A stretch of DNA of 60,676 bases. Origin: Spirochaetia bacterium. Lineage in GTDB: Bacteria; Spirochaetota; Spirochaetia; CADAEX01. Positions 35,077 to 44,051 of this stretch are shown in pieces. Every line of letters begins with the position of its first letter. The stretch's first letter is position 1. The DNA is taken from positions 1-60,676 of the forward strand of contig JAVEZE010000001.1 in the NCBI GenBank assembly GCA_034003145.1. Direction: 5' to 3'. The notes beneath the pieces were generated by a model. The model was given only the letters and a program-made list of their open reading frames with translations, ran no database searches and was not told where the DNA came from. The translations under genes and the position numbers were made by a program.

Positions 35077-36807
35077 TTAGGTCTTGCCTGAAGCTGCGCT
35101 GATGCTCTGTGGCGCGGCTGAGGCTTCCAGCCTTATTTTTTCCCAGAAGTGAGTTGAAAACACGGTACCTCCGGATAAAACAGCAATTTTTTTAAATCCT
35201 GCTTTTTCGAGGATTTTATATGCGTTATACGCTCTTATACCTCTGCGGCAGACTATTGCGTATTCCTTGTCTTTATCAAGTTCACCGATCCTGTCAGACA
35301 GGTAAGTATTTTCAATGTGGATTGATCCCGGAATAGACCATTCTGCCACCTCATCATCTGTTCTGATATCAAGTATGATAACATCCCTGTTTTTCTCATC
35401 CGAGAAAAGATCAACAGGATGGACAGTCTTGACTCTTCCTGAAAGCTTGTTCCGCCCTGTATTTGAAGAGGCAATGGTTGATGCCATAGCGTTTGAAAAC
35501 GGTGGAGCATAGGCAAGATCAAGATTTGAAAGATCAAAAATTGTAGCGTTAAAGCTTATTGCGGTAACAAGGATATCTACCGGTTTATCCACGACACCCC
35601 AGCCGAAAACCTGCCCGCCGAGAACCCTGCCGCTTTTCTTTTCATATATAAGTTTGGTTATTATCTCTTTAAATCCAGGATAGTATCCTGCGCTGTCATT
35701 GCCGGGAACAATTACAGTATCATAGTCATATCCGCCAGCTTTGGCATCCTTTTCTGTAAGGCCTGTCTTTCCCGCTGTCATCTCAAAAACCTTGATTATC
35801 ATTGTGCCGAGAACTCCGGGGAAAACCTCTGTAGATCCTCCGAACCGTTTCTCTGCCATAATTCTGCCCATCTTGTTGGCGGTAGATCCGAGCGGGACCC
35901 AGCACTCTTTTCCTGTAATCCTGTTTTTCATTTCAACACAGTCGCCTACAGCGAAAATATCCTTGATATTTGTCTCAAAATTATCATCAACCTTTATTGC
36001 CCCCGCAATACCTGTTTTTATACCGCATCTTACAGCAATCTCTGAATTTGCTTTAACGCCTGCAGCCGCGACAACAAAATCCACATCAACATCGCCTCCG
36101 CTGCGCAGCGATACTTTTATCCTTCCGTCATCAAGCTGGGAAAAACCAGTTACCATCTCGCTGGTTTTTATTTGAAGCCCTTTCTGCTCCATAAAATATC
36201 TGATATAAAGTGATACATCATAGTCAAACCCGGCGAGAATCTGATCCTTCATTTCAACAACAACAGTCTCAATACCCATGTCAAATAAATTTTCGGCTGT
36301 TTCAATACCTATTAAACCTGATCCAATTACAAGGGCACGCCCTTTTTTTGCAGCAGTCTTTACTGCCGCGTCTTTTATTTTGTTGGAATCCCTGACTGTT
36401 CTCAGATTGTAAATACCGGGAAGGTCAGCGCCAGGAAGCGGAAGTGGAAATGGAATCGCGCCTGTAGCGATAACAAGGGTATCATATTCATACTTCTTCA
36501 GTTCACCGCTCTTTAAATCAAGGGCAGAAACAGTTTTGTTCCCGGGATCAATATCTTTGGCTTCTGTATTAAGCTCAACTTTAATGTCGCGGACTTTTTC
36601 AAACGATTCAGCTTTAACAATCTTTAACGCTTCTTCAGTTTCTATAACACCGCCTATATAATAAGGCAGTCCGCAGCCGGCATAGGAGATCATATCTTCA
36701 TTGGATAAAATTGTAATATCAAGGGACTGGTTCTCCCTTCTGGCTTTTGCCGCGGTTTTTGCACCCGCGGCGACACCGCCGATTACAAGCAGTTTTTCTT
36801 TTTTCAT
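35077..36807 (-). CDS. CoA-disulfide/persulfide reductase-type flavoprotein fused to a C-terminal rhodanese domain (CoADR-RHD)
   Basis: FAD fold GGVAAG, redox Cys in SYAGCGLPYY, second fold VIGSGLIG and a C-terminal rhodanese loop CRRGIRA. Confidence 0.8.
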   Translation of the reverse strand: MKKEKLLVIGGVAAGAKTAAKARRENQSLDITILSNEDMISYAGCGLPYYIGGVIETEEALKIVKAESFEKVRDIKVELNTEAKDIDPGNKTVSALDLKSGELKKYEYDTLVIATGAIPFPLPLPGADLPGIYNLRTVRDSNKIKDAAVKTAAKKGRALVIGSGLIGIETAENLFDMGIETVVVEMKDQILAGFDYDVSLYIRYFMEQKGLQIKTSEMVTGFSQLDDGRIKVSLRSGGDVDVDFVVAAAGVKANSEIAVRCGIKTGIAGAIKVDDNFETNIKDIFAVGDCVEMKNRITGKECWVPLGSTANKMGRIMAEKRFGGSTEVFPGVLGTMIIKVFEMTAGKTGLTEKDAKAGGYDYDTVIVPGNDSAGYYPGFKEIITKLIYEKKSGRVLGGQVFGWGVVDKPVDILVTAISFNATIFDLSNLDLAYAPPFSNAMASTIASSNTGRNKLSGRVKTVHPVDLFSDEKNRDVIILDIRTDDEVAEWSIPGSIHIENTYLSDRIGELDKDKEYAIVCRRGIRAYNAYKILEKAGFKKIAVLSGGTVFSTHFWEKIRLEASAAPQSISAASGKT

Positions 36808-37262
36808 TTACAGTGTTCCTCAATATCTTCAATTACCCATTCGCATACTTTCCGCACAAGCGGTTTGCATATATTTTCATGTACCTTTAGTTTTTCATCA
36901 TCAGTCGGCTGGGTTTTTTTAAGATCAAGCCCTGTAATATCAAGGCAGTTTATATTGCCGATATTTTCCTTGAATTTCGCGAGAAGCCGGTCGACTGCCT
37001 CATAAGCAGGGGCTCTTTCCTCATCTATGCTGTCGCGCCCGTATACAATACCAAGCGCCATTCCTCCTGCTGCAAGGCTTCCGCACATCATTCCGTTTCT
37101 CCCGAATCCTCCGCCGAACGGGGTAGCTATTCTCGGAATCAGCTCACTGTCAATTTCAAGATATTTAGCAAGTCCGTACAGGGTGGATTCGGCGCAGTTA
37201 TACCCGCCTGTGCTTCCGCTGTTGTAATATTTTATGCATTCATCACATTTATCTCTGCTCAT
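36804..37262 (-). CDS. C_GCAxxG_C_C family putative redox-active protein
   Basis: 152 aa with conserved cysteines in YNCAESTLYG, GMMCGSLAAG, INCLD and ICKPLVRKVCE. ATGA overlap with the CoADR-RHD start. Confidence 0.65.
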   Translation of the reverse strand: MSRDKCDECIKYYNSGSTGGYNCAESTLYGLAKYLEIDSELIPRIATPFGGGFGRNGMMCGSLAAGGMALGIVYGRDSIDEERAPAYEAVDRLLAKFKENIGNINCLDITGLDLKKTQPTDDEKLKVHENICKPLVRKVCEWVIEDIEEHCK

Positions 37263-37304
37263 TAATTAACCTCCACAATATATTCAGGATTTTTAAATTT
37301 TATA

Positions 37305-38828
37305 TTATTTTTCATCGTTTTTGGGGGTACATTTCTCTGCCCCTTTTGACCATGCCTTTTTAAGTGAAGGCATTAAAAATGGAGCAGAAAGTGAAAAAAT
37401 TGAAACTATAATAAAAAACAGACTAATGGGATGCCTTACAAAGACCATCGGATTTCCCTGACTTATAATTAAAGACATCCTCAGGTGCTCCTCAAGATTC
37501 GGGCCCAGAATAAGGGCAAGAAGCAGGGGAACAACAGGAAAACCGTATTTTTTCATTAAAAAGGCAAGGATGCCGAAGAATATCATTATCCCTGTATCAA
37601 AAAAGGTGTTCCTGAGTGAATAAGAACCCACAACACAAAGCACTAGTATAATGGGAAGTAATATACGCTGAGGTACTTTCAGGATCCTTACCCAGAAATT
37701 GATGCTTGTAAAAGAAACTATCAGATTGAAAATATTTGCGATTAAAAACGCCCAGAAGATTGAAAAGACAAACTGGGGATTTGTCTCAAAAAGAAGAGGC
37801 CCGGGTATAAGGCCGTGAATCATCAAAGAACCAAGAAGGATAGCTGTAATGGGATCACCTGGAATTCCAAGTGTAAGCATCGGGATAAGAGCTCCGCCTC
37901 CAACTGCGTTATTGGCTGCCTCAGGCGCCGCGATACCGTCAGCTGAACCATTGCCGTAATTATCCTTATCCTTTGAAATCTTTTTAGACGCATCATAGGC
38001 GAGAAAAACAGCAATTGCCCCACCCGCACCCGGTATTGCCCCGATTCCAGTGCCTATAAAGGAGCCGACCAGGATTGCCTTCATTCTTTTTCCCACATCT
38101 GAAAACTTTGGCAATATGCCGGTAATTTTTTTATCATACTTAGGGATTACACTTCCCTTGTTTGTGAGTCCCGATATAATTTGAGGAATCGCAAACAGCC
38201 CTATCATTGCGGGAAGAAAAGGAATTCCAGCCTGGAGGTCAAGCATGCCGAATGTAAACCGGGGCGTTCCGGTCATGGAATCAAGACCTGCTGTCATGAT
38301 AATAAGTCCCAAAAGCCCTGCTATAACACCTTTAAGCAAAGATTGCTGCCCGAAGCTGCAGATCAGTGTAATACCGAGCAGAACAAGGGCGAAAAGCTCA
38401 GGCGCGCCGAATTTAAGCGCGGCTTTCGCGAGAAACGGGGATATCGCAGAAAGACATATAAGGCCGATTATTCCTCCGATAAAAGAGGCGATAATTGCTG
38501 TGCCGAGCGCCTGCCCCGCCTTGCCCTGCTGCGCCATGATATGGCCGTCAATAGCAGTGGCAGAGGCTGACGGTGTTCCGGGAATATTAAGAAGAATCGC
38601 GGAAAAAGATCCTCCTGTCATTCCTGCCGCGTAAAGGCCCAAAAGGAGGCAGACAGAGGTAACAGGATCAAGTGAGAAAGTTATTGGAAGCAGGAGGACC
38701 ATTCCAAGAGAAATTGTCAGCCCTGGAGTGGCTCCTATAAAAAGGCCAAATGAAACACCTAAAAGCGATGCAATAATATTTTGCAGTTTCAACACTTCAA
38801 ACATTGAAGCCAATATATATTCTAACAT
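37305..38828 (-). CDS. tctA: tripartite tricarboxylate transporter permease TctA
   Basis: 507-aa, 12-TM-type protein with the Gly-rich motifs typical of TctA. It follows the TctB-like and TctC-like genes. Confidence 0.85.
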   Translation of the reverse strand: MLEYILASMFEVLKLQNIIASLLGVSFGLFIGATPGLTISLGMVLLLPITFSLDPVTSVCLLLGLYAAGMTGGSFSAILLNIPGTPSASATAIDGHIMAQQGKAGQALGTAIIASFIGGIIGLICLSAISPFLAKAALKFGAPELFALVLLGITLICSFGQQSLLKGVIAGLLGLIIMTAGLDSMTGTPRFTFGMLDLQAGIPFLPAMIGLFAIPQIISGLTNKGSVIPKYDKKITGILPKFSDVGKRMKAILVGSFIGTGIGAIPGAGGAIAVFLAYDASKKISKDKDNYGNGSADGIAAPEAANNAVGGGALIPMLTLGIPGDPITAILLGSLMIHGLIPGPLLFETNPQFVFSIFWAFLIANIFNLIVSFTSINFWVRILKVPQRILLPIILVLCVVGSYSLRNTFFDTGIMIFFGILAFLMKKYGFPVVPLLLALILGPNLEEHLRMSLIISQGNPMVFVRHPISLFFIIVSIFSLSAPFLMPSLKKAWSKGAEKCTPKNDEK

Positions 38829-38893
38829 GTATTATCCCTAAATTATTTTGTTTTCTGTATAATCATATAATAATCATATTATATGTTTATTAT

Positions 38894-39349
38894 CTATATG
38901 ATCATTCCGCCTGGCAGCTGAACCCTGAAAACAACCACAAACAGTAAATATACTGAAACAGAGACCAGGACAGATGTAAGAAACATCTCTTTCAGGTTTG
39001 CTGCTCCCATCATTTTCATCAGCAGAAATACAGCAACCGGGGTTATCATTGCAAAACCGATAATCCTCATCATAAAAACATAACCAATTATAAGCAAAAC
39101 AATTTTAGCAATTCCCAATATTTCATATTTATGTATTACATAATCGCATTTTTCAAGACACGGTCTGATTAAGGAAGTAACAAGAAATGCTGTATTAATT
39201 ATCATCAATAAAACAAAAAGCAGGGTAGGCATAAAACTGCTTTTCAAGGTTCCCGGCATATTTCTATCCGGAAGCATAAGAATCTGCCAGAAATACCAGA
39301 TGGCAAATATATAAATAATAGCAGATAAAATAATATTAATTTTTTTCAT
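38894..39349 (-). CDS. tctB: tripartite tricarboxylate transporter small subunit TctB
   Basis: 151 aa with four TM helices, positioned between tctC and tctA. Confidence 0.7.
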   Translation of the reverse strand: MKKINIILSAIIYIFAIWYFWQILMLPDRNMPGTLKSSFMPTLLFVLLMIINTAFLVTSLIRPCLEKCDYVIHKYEILGIAKIVLLIIGYVFMMRIIGFAMITPVAVFLLMKMMGAANLKEMFLTSVLVSVSVYLLFVVVFRVQLPGGMII

Positions 39350-39371
39350 TAAGGTAATCCGATTTTAAAGC

Positions 39372-39400
39372 TGTATAATAATTTTGTTTTTTCCTGTCAA
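39372..39400 (-). promoter_or_regulatory. candidate internal promoter TTGACA-17-TATACA ahead of tctB
   Basis: Minus strand: -35 at 39395-39400 and -10 at 39372-39377, 23 nt upstream of the tctB ATG. Confidence 0.4.
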
Positions 39401-39406
39401 ATTTGG

Positions 39407-39480
39407 CAAAAAACAATAAAAATTATGGTAAAGCACTGCGCCAACTGAAGCTGATGCAGTGCTGAAACCAAAACTACCAT
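39407..39480 (-). terminator. terminator/attenuator immediately after tctC
   Basis: Stem AGCACTGC (39432-39439) / GCAGTGCT (39456-39463), extended by ATGGTA/TACCAT. On the minus strand it is followed by AATTTTTATTGTTTTTTG. Confidence 0.6.
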
Positions 39481-39489
39481 ACCTGGCTG

Positions 39490-40491
39490 TTATTTTTTAA
39501 TCAATCCGGCAGCATCCATTGCTGCGTAAACCCTTTTGTACTGATCAGCAAGAACTACTTCAAAATCAGCCCTCCCCTTGAAATCAACAACAAAACCGGT
39601 TTTATTTGCAAGATCCTGGAATTCTTTGCTCTCTGATGCTGCCTTGAATGCTTTTTCAAGCATAGCTGATACAGCAGGATCTGTCCCCTTTGGAAGGCTT
39701 ACACCCCTGAAAAGATCCATGACAACATCATAGCCCTGTTCCTTTAACGAAGGAACGTCAGGAAATGAAGGATCTCTTTTGGCTGTTGATACACCCAGGA
39801 TTCTGGCTTTACCTGCTTTTACCTGGGGAGCAATTTCAGGAAGAGGAACACATACTGCTTCCACTTCGCCGCCCAAAAGACTTGCGATTCTTCTTTCAGC
39901 GCCTAAAGGAACATGGATAGCCTGGACTCCTGCCGCCTGCTGGAACATTACACCGGTAAGATGTGTTCCGCTTCCAGTACCCGCGTTGCCTATTTTAAGC
40001 TTTCCAGGGTTCTTTTTTGCCCAGTCTACAAGATCATCTGCTGTTTTCCAGGGCGAGTCGGCAAGAACTGCTATCGGCATTGATGTATAACCTACAACAC
40101 AGATGTTATCAAAATCTGTGTAAGGAAATGGAACATTTCCCATAATTGTTGTGGTAAGAATTGAAGTTGAGTTCCAGGCTGTTGTATATCCGTCCGGTTC
40201 AGCTTTGTGAAGCTCACCGTACATGATTCCGCCGCCTGCTCCCGGCCTGTTTACAGGGACAACCGGCTCACCGATAATATTATCCATTGAGCTTACAAGA
40301 GCTCTTCCAAGAAGGTCGGCATCACCGCCGGCTCCGAACGGGATAAGAAAACTTATCGGTTTTTCAGGAAACTTTGCACTCATTTCCGCAGCCTGGGGAG
40401 CTGCTTCGCTGCCGCCTGCCGCAAAAACGAAAGAAACAGATGCAATCAATAAAACTGCTGCAACTGTTATTCTCATAAAATTTTTCATCAA
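39490..40491 (-). CDS. tctC: Bug/TctC-family tripartite tricarboxylate transporter substrate-binding protein
   Basis: 333 aa with a signal peptide (FAAGGSE). NRPGAGGGIM fits the TctC PGAGG motif. Confidence 0.85.
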   Translation of the reverse strand: MMKNFMRITVAAVLLIASVSFVFAAGGSEAAPQAAEMSAKFPEKPISFLIPFGAGGDADLLGRALVSSMDNIIGEPVVPVNRPGAGGGIMYGELHKAEPDGYTTAWNSTSILTTTIMGNVPFPYTDFDNICVVGYTSMPIAVLADSPWKTADDLVDWAKKNPGKLKIGNAGTGSGTHLTGVMFQQAAGVQAIHVPLGAERRIASLLGGEVEAVCVPLPEIAPQVKAGKARILGVSTAKRDPSFPDVPSLKEQGYDVVMDLFRGVSLPKGTDPAVSAMLEKAFKAASESKEFQDLANKTGFVVDFKGRADFEVVLADQYKRVYAAMDAAGLIKK

Positions 40492-40567
40492 AAACTCCTT
40501 TGTTTATTTATTGTTATTTATTGTTATTTTTACATATATAGCTTATCCACTAATTTTAATAATCATA

Positions 40568-41488
40568 TTATTCCTGCGCTGCCGCCCAGGCCAGCTTTAT
40601 CACCCGTTTTGCCTGGGCAATAATTGCTTCTGAATATTCTTCCATTAGCAGCGGCCTCACCTCAACACTAACAACAGGGCGCTTTTCAGGAGAGACAAGT
40701 TTTCTTTCAAGAAGAAGCCTGAAAAAATCCGCAACCTCTTTAACATCAGTCTCACCGCCGGGAATCCCGAACCTCGGCTGAAGATCACCGTAAAGGGGAT
40801 GCTTCCTGTCTCTCATTATGCAGTTGCCAAGATGAAAATGCATTGGAAATTTTTCAACAAGAGGGATTACATCTTCCGGTTTTTCCCTTAAAAGAGGAAA
40901 ATGTGAAAGATCTGCAAGAACGCCGAAATTTTTATACTTTGCATATACTTCATCTGCTACATCTGCGGCATCGCTGAAAAGGCCGATAAGCGCTTTTTTA
41001 TCAATATCCCGGTCAAATATTTTAAGATAAAGCATCGCGTCGCCGAAATCGCTGTTATATTCACAGAGCTCTGAAAGCGAATCAACAAAGATTTTCTTTG
41101 CCTCTCCCCTTTTTTCATCACCAGGATCTTTTCCCGAAAGGACACGGATTGATGTCGCCCCGATATGATATGCTTCAGCGATCCCTTTCTTTACACCCTC
41201 AATTGCTTTCCGTCTTTCTGCCTTGTCAAAGGAATTGAGATTAAGCTTTTGTGATAATATCCTCGGCTGGCAGGCATAGCATACCTTCATTGCTGATATT
41301 TCAAGAAGTTTTCTTACTTCGCTTCTTTTTTTGTCATCCTTGATCCAGCCTATCTCGACCGCTGTCCAGAAATCATCTTCCACAAGCTTTTTAAGCGATT
41401 CAATTATTGTCCCGCCTCCGTCAACAATTTCGGGGAAAGCCTTGAAATGGACAATCCCAAGATCCATATATCTATAAATATCTCTCAT
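40568..41488 (-). CDS. xylose-isomerase-like TIM-barrel protein (sugar phosphate isomerase/epimerase family)
   Basis: 306 aa. The call rests on the overall alternating beta/alpha pattern and His/Asp/Glu-rich ligand positions (HFHLGN, SVEVRP). This is a weaker, family-level call. Confidence 0.6.
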   Translation of the reverse strand: MRDIYRYMDLGIVHFKAFPEIVDGGGTIIESLKKLVEDDFWTAVEIGWIKDDKKRSEVRKLLEISAMKVCYACQPRILSQKLNLNSFDKAERRKAIEGVKKGIAEAYHIGATSIRVLSGKDPGDEKRGEAKKIFVDSLSELCEYNSDFGDAMLYLKIFDRDIDKKALIGLFSDAADVADEVYAKYKNFGVLADLSHFPLLREKPEDVIPLVEKFPMHFHLGNCIMRDRKHPLYGDLQPRFGIPGGETDVKEVADFFRLLLERKLVSPEKRPVVSVEVRPLLMEEYSEAIIAQAKRVIKLAWAAAQE

Positions 41489-41527
41489 CTGTTTACTCCC
41501 AAAATTTATTTTTTAACCAGACTGATA

Positions 41528-42598
41528 TCACGGATGGACTACAACCTTGATGGCCCCTTCCTTCCTTCCCATAAATACATCAAAAGCCTCATTTATCTGG
41601 TCAAGTTTAAAAGAGTGGGTAATAATTTCCTTTCCGCTAACCTTTCCCTCTCTCATAAGCTCAAGTCCCCTGTGGACACACTGCCTGCCTTCGCCCCTGA
41701 TCGTAAAAATATTGTTCATATTTTGAACAGCAAGCCCTACATCAATGGTAACAGGATCCTCAAAATGGGCAAGAAGAGTAATATCTCCCCCTTTCCTTAC
41801 TGCCCTCAAGGCAAGCTGGAATGCATCTGTTGTACCCGAGGCAAGAAGAACAAGGTCTGCGCCGTATCCGCCTGTAAGTGATTTGACAAAGGCAATTGCA
41901 TCTTCCTCTCTTACATTGACTGTGTGTTCTGCCCCAAGTTTTTTTCCAAGATCAAGCCTTTCCTTTCTGGTTCCTGCGAGAATCACCTTACCGGCACCCA
42001 GTGCTTTCGCACACTGGACTGCCATCAGTCCTATGGACCCCGGCCCTATTACAAGAACTGACTCGCCGACAATAAACCCCCCGTTCCGTGAAATGCCGAA
42101 AAGGGGTGTGCCTACAGTTGTAATCATTGTAGCTTCGTCAAAAGAGATATTATCCGGGATAAGACTAATTGTATTAACATGATTTACAGCGTATTCAGCA
42201 AAACCACCGTTTGTCGTAAAACCGTTTGCGATATGCCCCTTGTCCTTGTTACCGTAGTTTAAGCACGCGGTCTGTTTTCCGTCGAGGCAGTTCTTGCATC
42301 TTCCGCACCCTTTATGCACCTCAACAGTTACCCTGTCGCCTATGTTAAACTCATCTACCGAGGAACCTTTTTTGACAATTATTCCGGCATATTCATGTCC
42401 GATGATGAAATCTCCCATGGGAGGCTGTTTAAGCATTCCCCTGGTTATAATTTTTACGTCGCCGCCGCATATAGAACATGACTCAACTTTGATCAGAACT
42501 TCATCCTCACCAGGTGACGGAACAGGCCTTTCGACCACTCTTACATCATTCCAGTCAAAAAGAACCGCAGCCTTCATTTTTTCAGGCACATTCATCAA
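41528..42598 (-). CDS. MDR-family Zn-dependent dehydrogenase, paralog of 24335-25411
   Basis: CGGD...GHEYAG, GCGRCKNC and GPGSIG. It shares blocks with the paralog: QPPxGDFIIGHEY, CLNYG..KGH.ANGFTTNGG, IFT.RGEG and INEAFD. Confidence 0.85.
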   Translation of the reverse strand: MMNVPEKMKAAVLFDWNDVRVVERPVPSPGEDEVLIKVESCSICGGDVKIITRGMLKQPPMGDFIIGHEYAGIIVKKGSSVDEFNIGDRVTVEVHKGCGRCKNCLDGKQTACLNYGNKDKGHIANGFTTNGGFAEYAVNHVNTISLIPDNISFDEATMITTVGTPLFGISRNGGFIVGESVLVIGPGSIGLMAVQCAKALGAGKVILAGTRKERLDLGKKLGAEHTVNVREEDAIAFVKSLTGGYGADLVLLASGTTDAFQLALRAVRKGGDITLLAHFEDPVTIDVGLAVQNMNNIFTIRGEGRQCVHRGLELMREGKVSGKEIITHSFKLDQINEAFDVFMGRKEGAIKVVVHP

Positions 42599-42627
42599 AT
42601 TCCCCCATATTAGTTATTGTTTTTTTT

Positions 42628-42681
42628 ATTGTACGACAATTGGACTGTATTATTTTATGTCTGAATATTTTGTTTTGTCAA
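42628..42681 (-). promoter_or_regulatory. promoter TTGACA-18-TAAAAT with the dyad ATTGTCGTACAAT 11 nt downstream
   Basis: Minus strand: -35 at 42676-42681, -10 at 42652-42657, dyad at 42628-42640. It lies in the divergent spacer shared with the plus-strand cupin gene. Confidence 0.6.
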
Positions 42682-42796
42682 GGAAAATCTGCCTTCTTTA
42701 CTTGAAGAAAGGTAGAATCTTATTTAATAATAGTATTAAAGTATGAAAATTGCTAATTCAAGGATTAAAATAGACTTATTTTTACAGGAGATGAAC

Positions 42797-43144
42797 ATGC
42801 CAATACTTAGAAACAGTGATATGAAAAAAATCCCTCTTGACGCTCCGGGGATGAAAAATGTGACTAAACAGGTTGCAATCTCACCGCAGCAGGGCTGGGA
42901 CGGATGGGTAATGAGAATTTTCACTCTCGGAAAGGGGGGATTTTCACCTCGGCACATACATGAATGGCCTCACATAAACTATGTAATAGAAGGAAGCGGT
43001 AATCTCTACCTTGACGGAAAGGAAAATCCGGTTAAAGCAGGCGATACTGCATATATTCCTGCCGGTGAAGAACATCAGTTTACAAATACAGGAGGCGGGA
43101 TTCTCTCATTTATCTGCATTGTGCCGGAAGAAGGGGAAAAATAA
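42797..43144 (+). CDS. cupin domain protein
   Basis: Cupin motifs GGFSPRHIHEWPHINYVIEG and AYIPAGEEHQF. I placed the start at ATG 42797, 6 nt after AGGAG. The track start is 42743. Confidence 0.75.
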   Translation: MPILRNSDMKKIPLDAPGMKNVTKQVAISPQQGWDGWVMRIFTLGKGGFSPRHIHEWPHINYVIEGSGNLYLDGKENPVKAGDTAYIPAGEEHQFTNTGGGILSFICIVPEEGEK

Positions 43145-43150
43145 CCAGAT

Positions 43151-43978
43151 ATGTTTGTGAAGCTTGAGCAGGCAGATGTTTATACAGAAATTATAGGGAG
43201 CGGAAAACCCCTGCTCATGATTCACGGCAACTGGTGCGATCACAGGCTGATGAGCGGCTGCATGGAAAGGATATTTACAGCAAAAACCGCGGATGGGATT
43301 GCGGATAAATGGAAACGGATATATTTCGACCTTCCGGGGATGGGCAGCACTCTCCTTAAAAAAGAGATTTCAACAACTGATGATATTTTAGATATTGTTG
43401 ATGCCTTTGTCAGGGCTGTAATAAAGGAAGAGCCTTTTTATATCGCATCTGAATCCTACGGCTCTTACATCGCTCAGGGGATTGTAAATAAATACCCGGA
43501 TCAGGTTGCCGGAATAATGATGCTCTGCCCTGTTATTGTGCCGCTTCACGAAGATAGAGACCTCCCGTTCAAGAATATAATTTTCAGGGATGATGATTTT
43601 TACAGTACGCTGTCAAACAATGAACAGGATACCTGCGACAATATGCTTACTATCCAGAGCAGGGAAAACTGGGAAAGATATGTGAATGAGGTAAGATGCG
43701 GAGTCAGGAAAGCTGATATCGCGCTTCTTAAAAAAATAAAAAGATACGGCTATCCATTACATGAAAATGCTGATGCCCTGAAAACCCCTTTCAAAAAGCC
43801 ATCCCTGATTATTACAGGCAGACAGGATACAGCTGTCGGATACAAAGATGCCCTCCCCCTTTTAGAAAACTATCCAAGGGCGGATTTTGTAATTCTTGAC
43901 AGCGCGGGGCACATGCTTCAGATAGAGCAGGCAGATATTTTCGAAGATCTTGTATTAAACTGGCTTTCAAAACTATAA
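43151..43978 (+). CDS. alpha/beta-fold hydrolase
   Basis: 275 aa with HGNW (oxyanion region), nucleophile elbow ASESYGS (GxSxG-like) and C-terminal DSAGHM (catalytic His). Confidence 0.75.
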   Translation: MFVKLEQADVYTEIIGSGKPLLMIHGNWCDHRLMSGCMERIFTAKTADGIADKWKRIYFDLPGMGSTLLKKEISTTDDILDIVDAFVRAVIKEEPFYIASESYGSYIAQGIVNKYPDQVAGIMMLCPVIVPLHEDRDLPFKNIIFRDDDFYSTLSNNEQDTCDNMLTIQSRENWERYVNEVRCGVRKADIALLKKIKRYGYPLHENADALKTPFKKPSLIITGRQDTAVGYKDALPLLENYPRADFVILDSAGHMLQIEQADIFEDLVLNWLSKL

Positions 43979-43983
43979 AAACA

Positions 43984-43999
43984 GGGCTGTTAGCAGCCC
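43984..43999. terminator. short GC hairpin between the convergent hydrolase and MFS genes
   Basis: GGGCTG (43984-43989) / CAGCCC (43994-43999) with loop TTAG. An A-run precedes it and a T-containing tract follows. Confidence 0.45.
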
Positions 44000-44051
44000 G
44001 GGCTTCTTACGTTACACGCCATATTTTTAGAATAAAATCCCGAAGCCTTTT

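Noticed and set aside
40503-40530. Short AT-rich tandem duplication (TTTATTGTTA x2), with a similar ATAATCATAT duplication near 38850-38885
   Set aside because: These are two-copy, 10-nt, AT-only repeats in promoter spacers, consistent with slippage-type low complexity. They are too short to call as repeat elements or CRISPR-like arrays.
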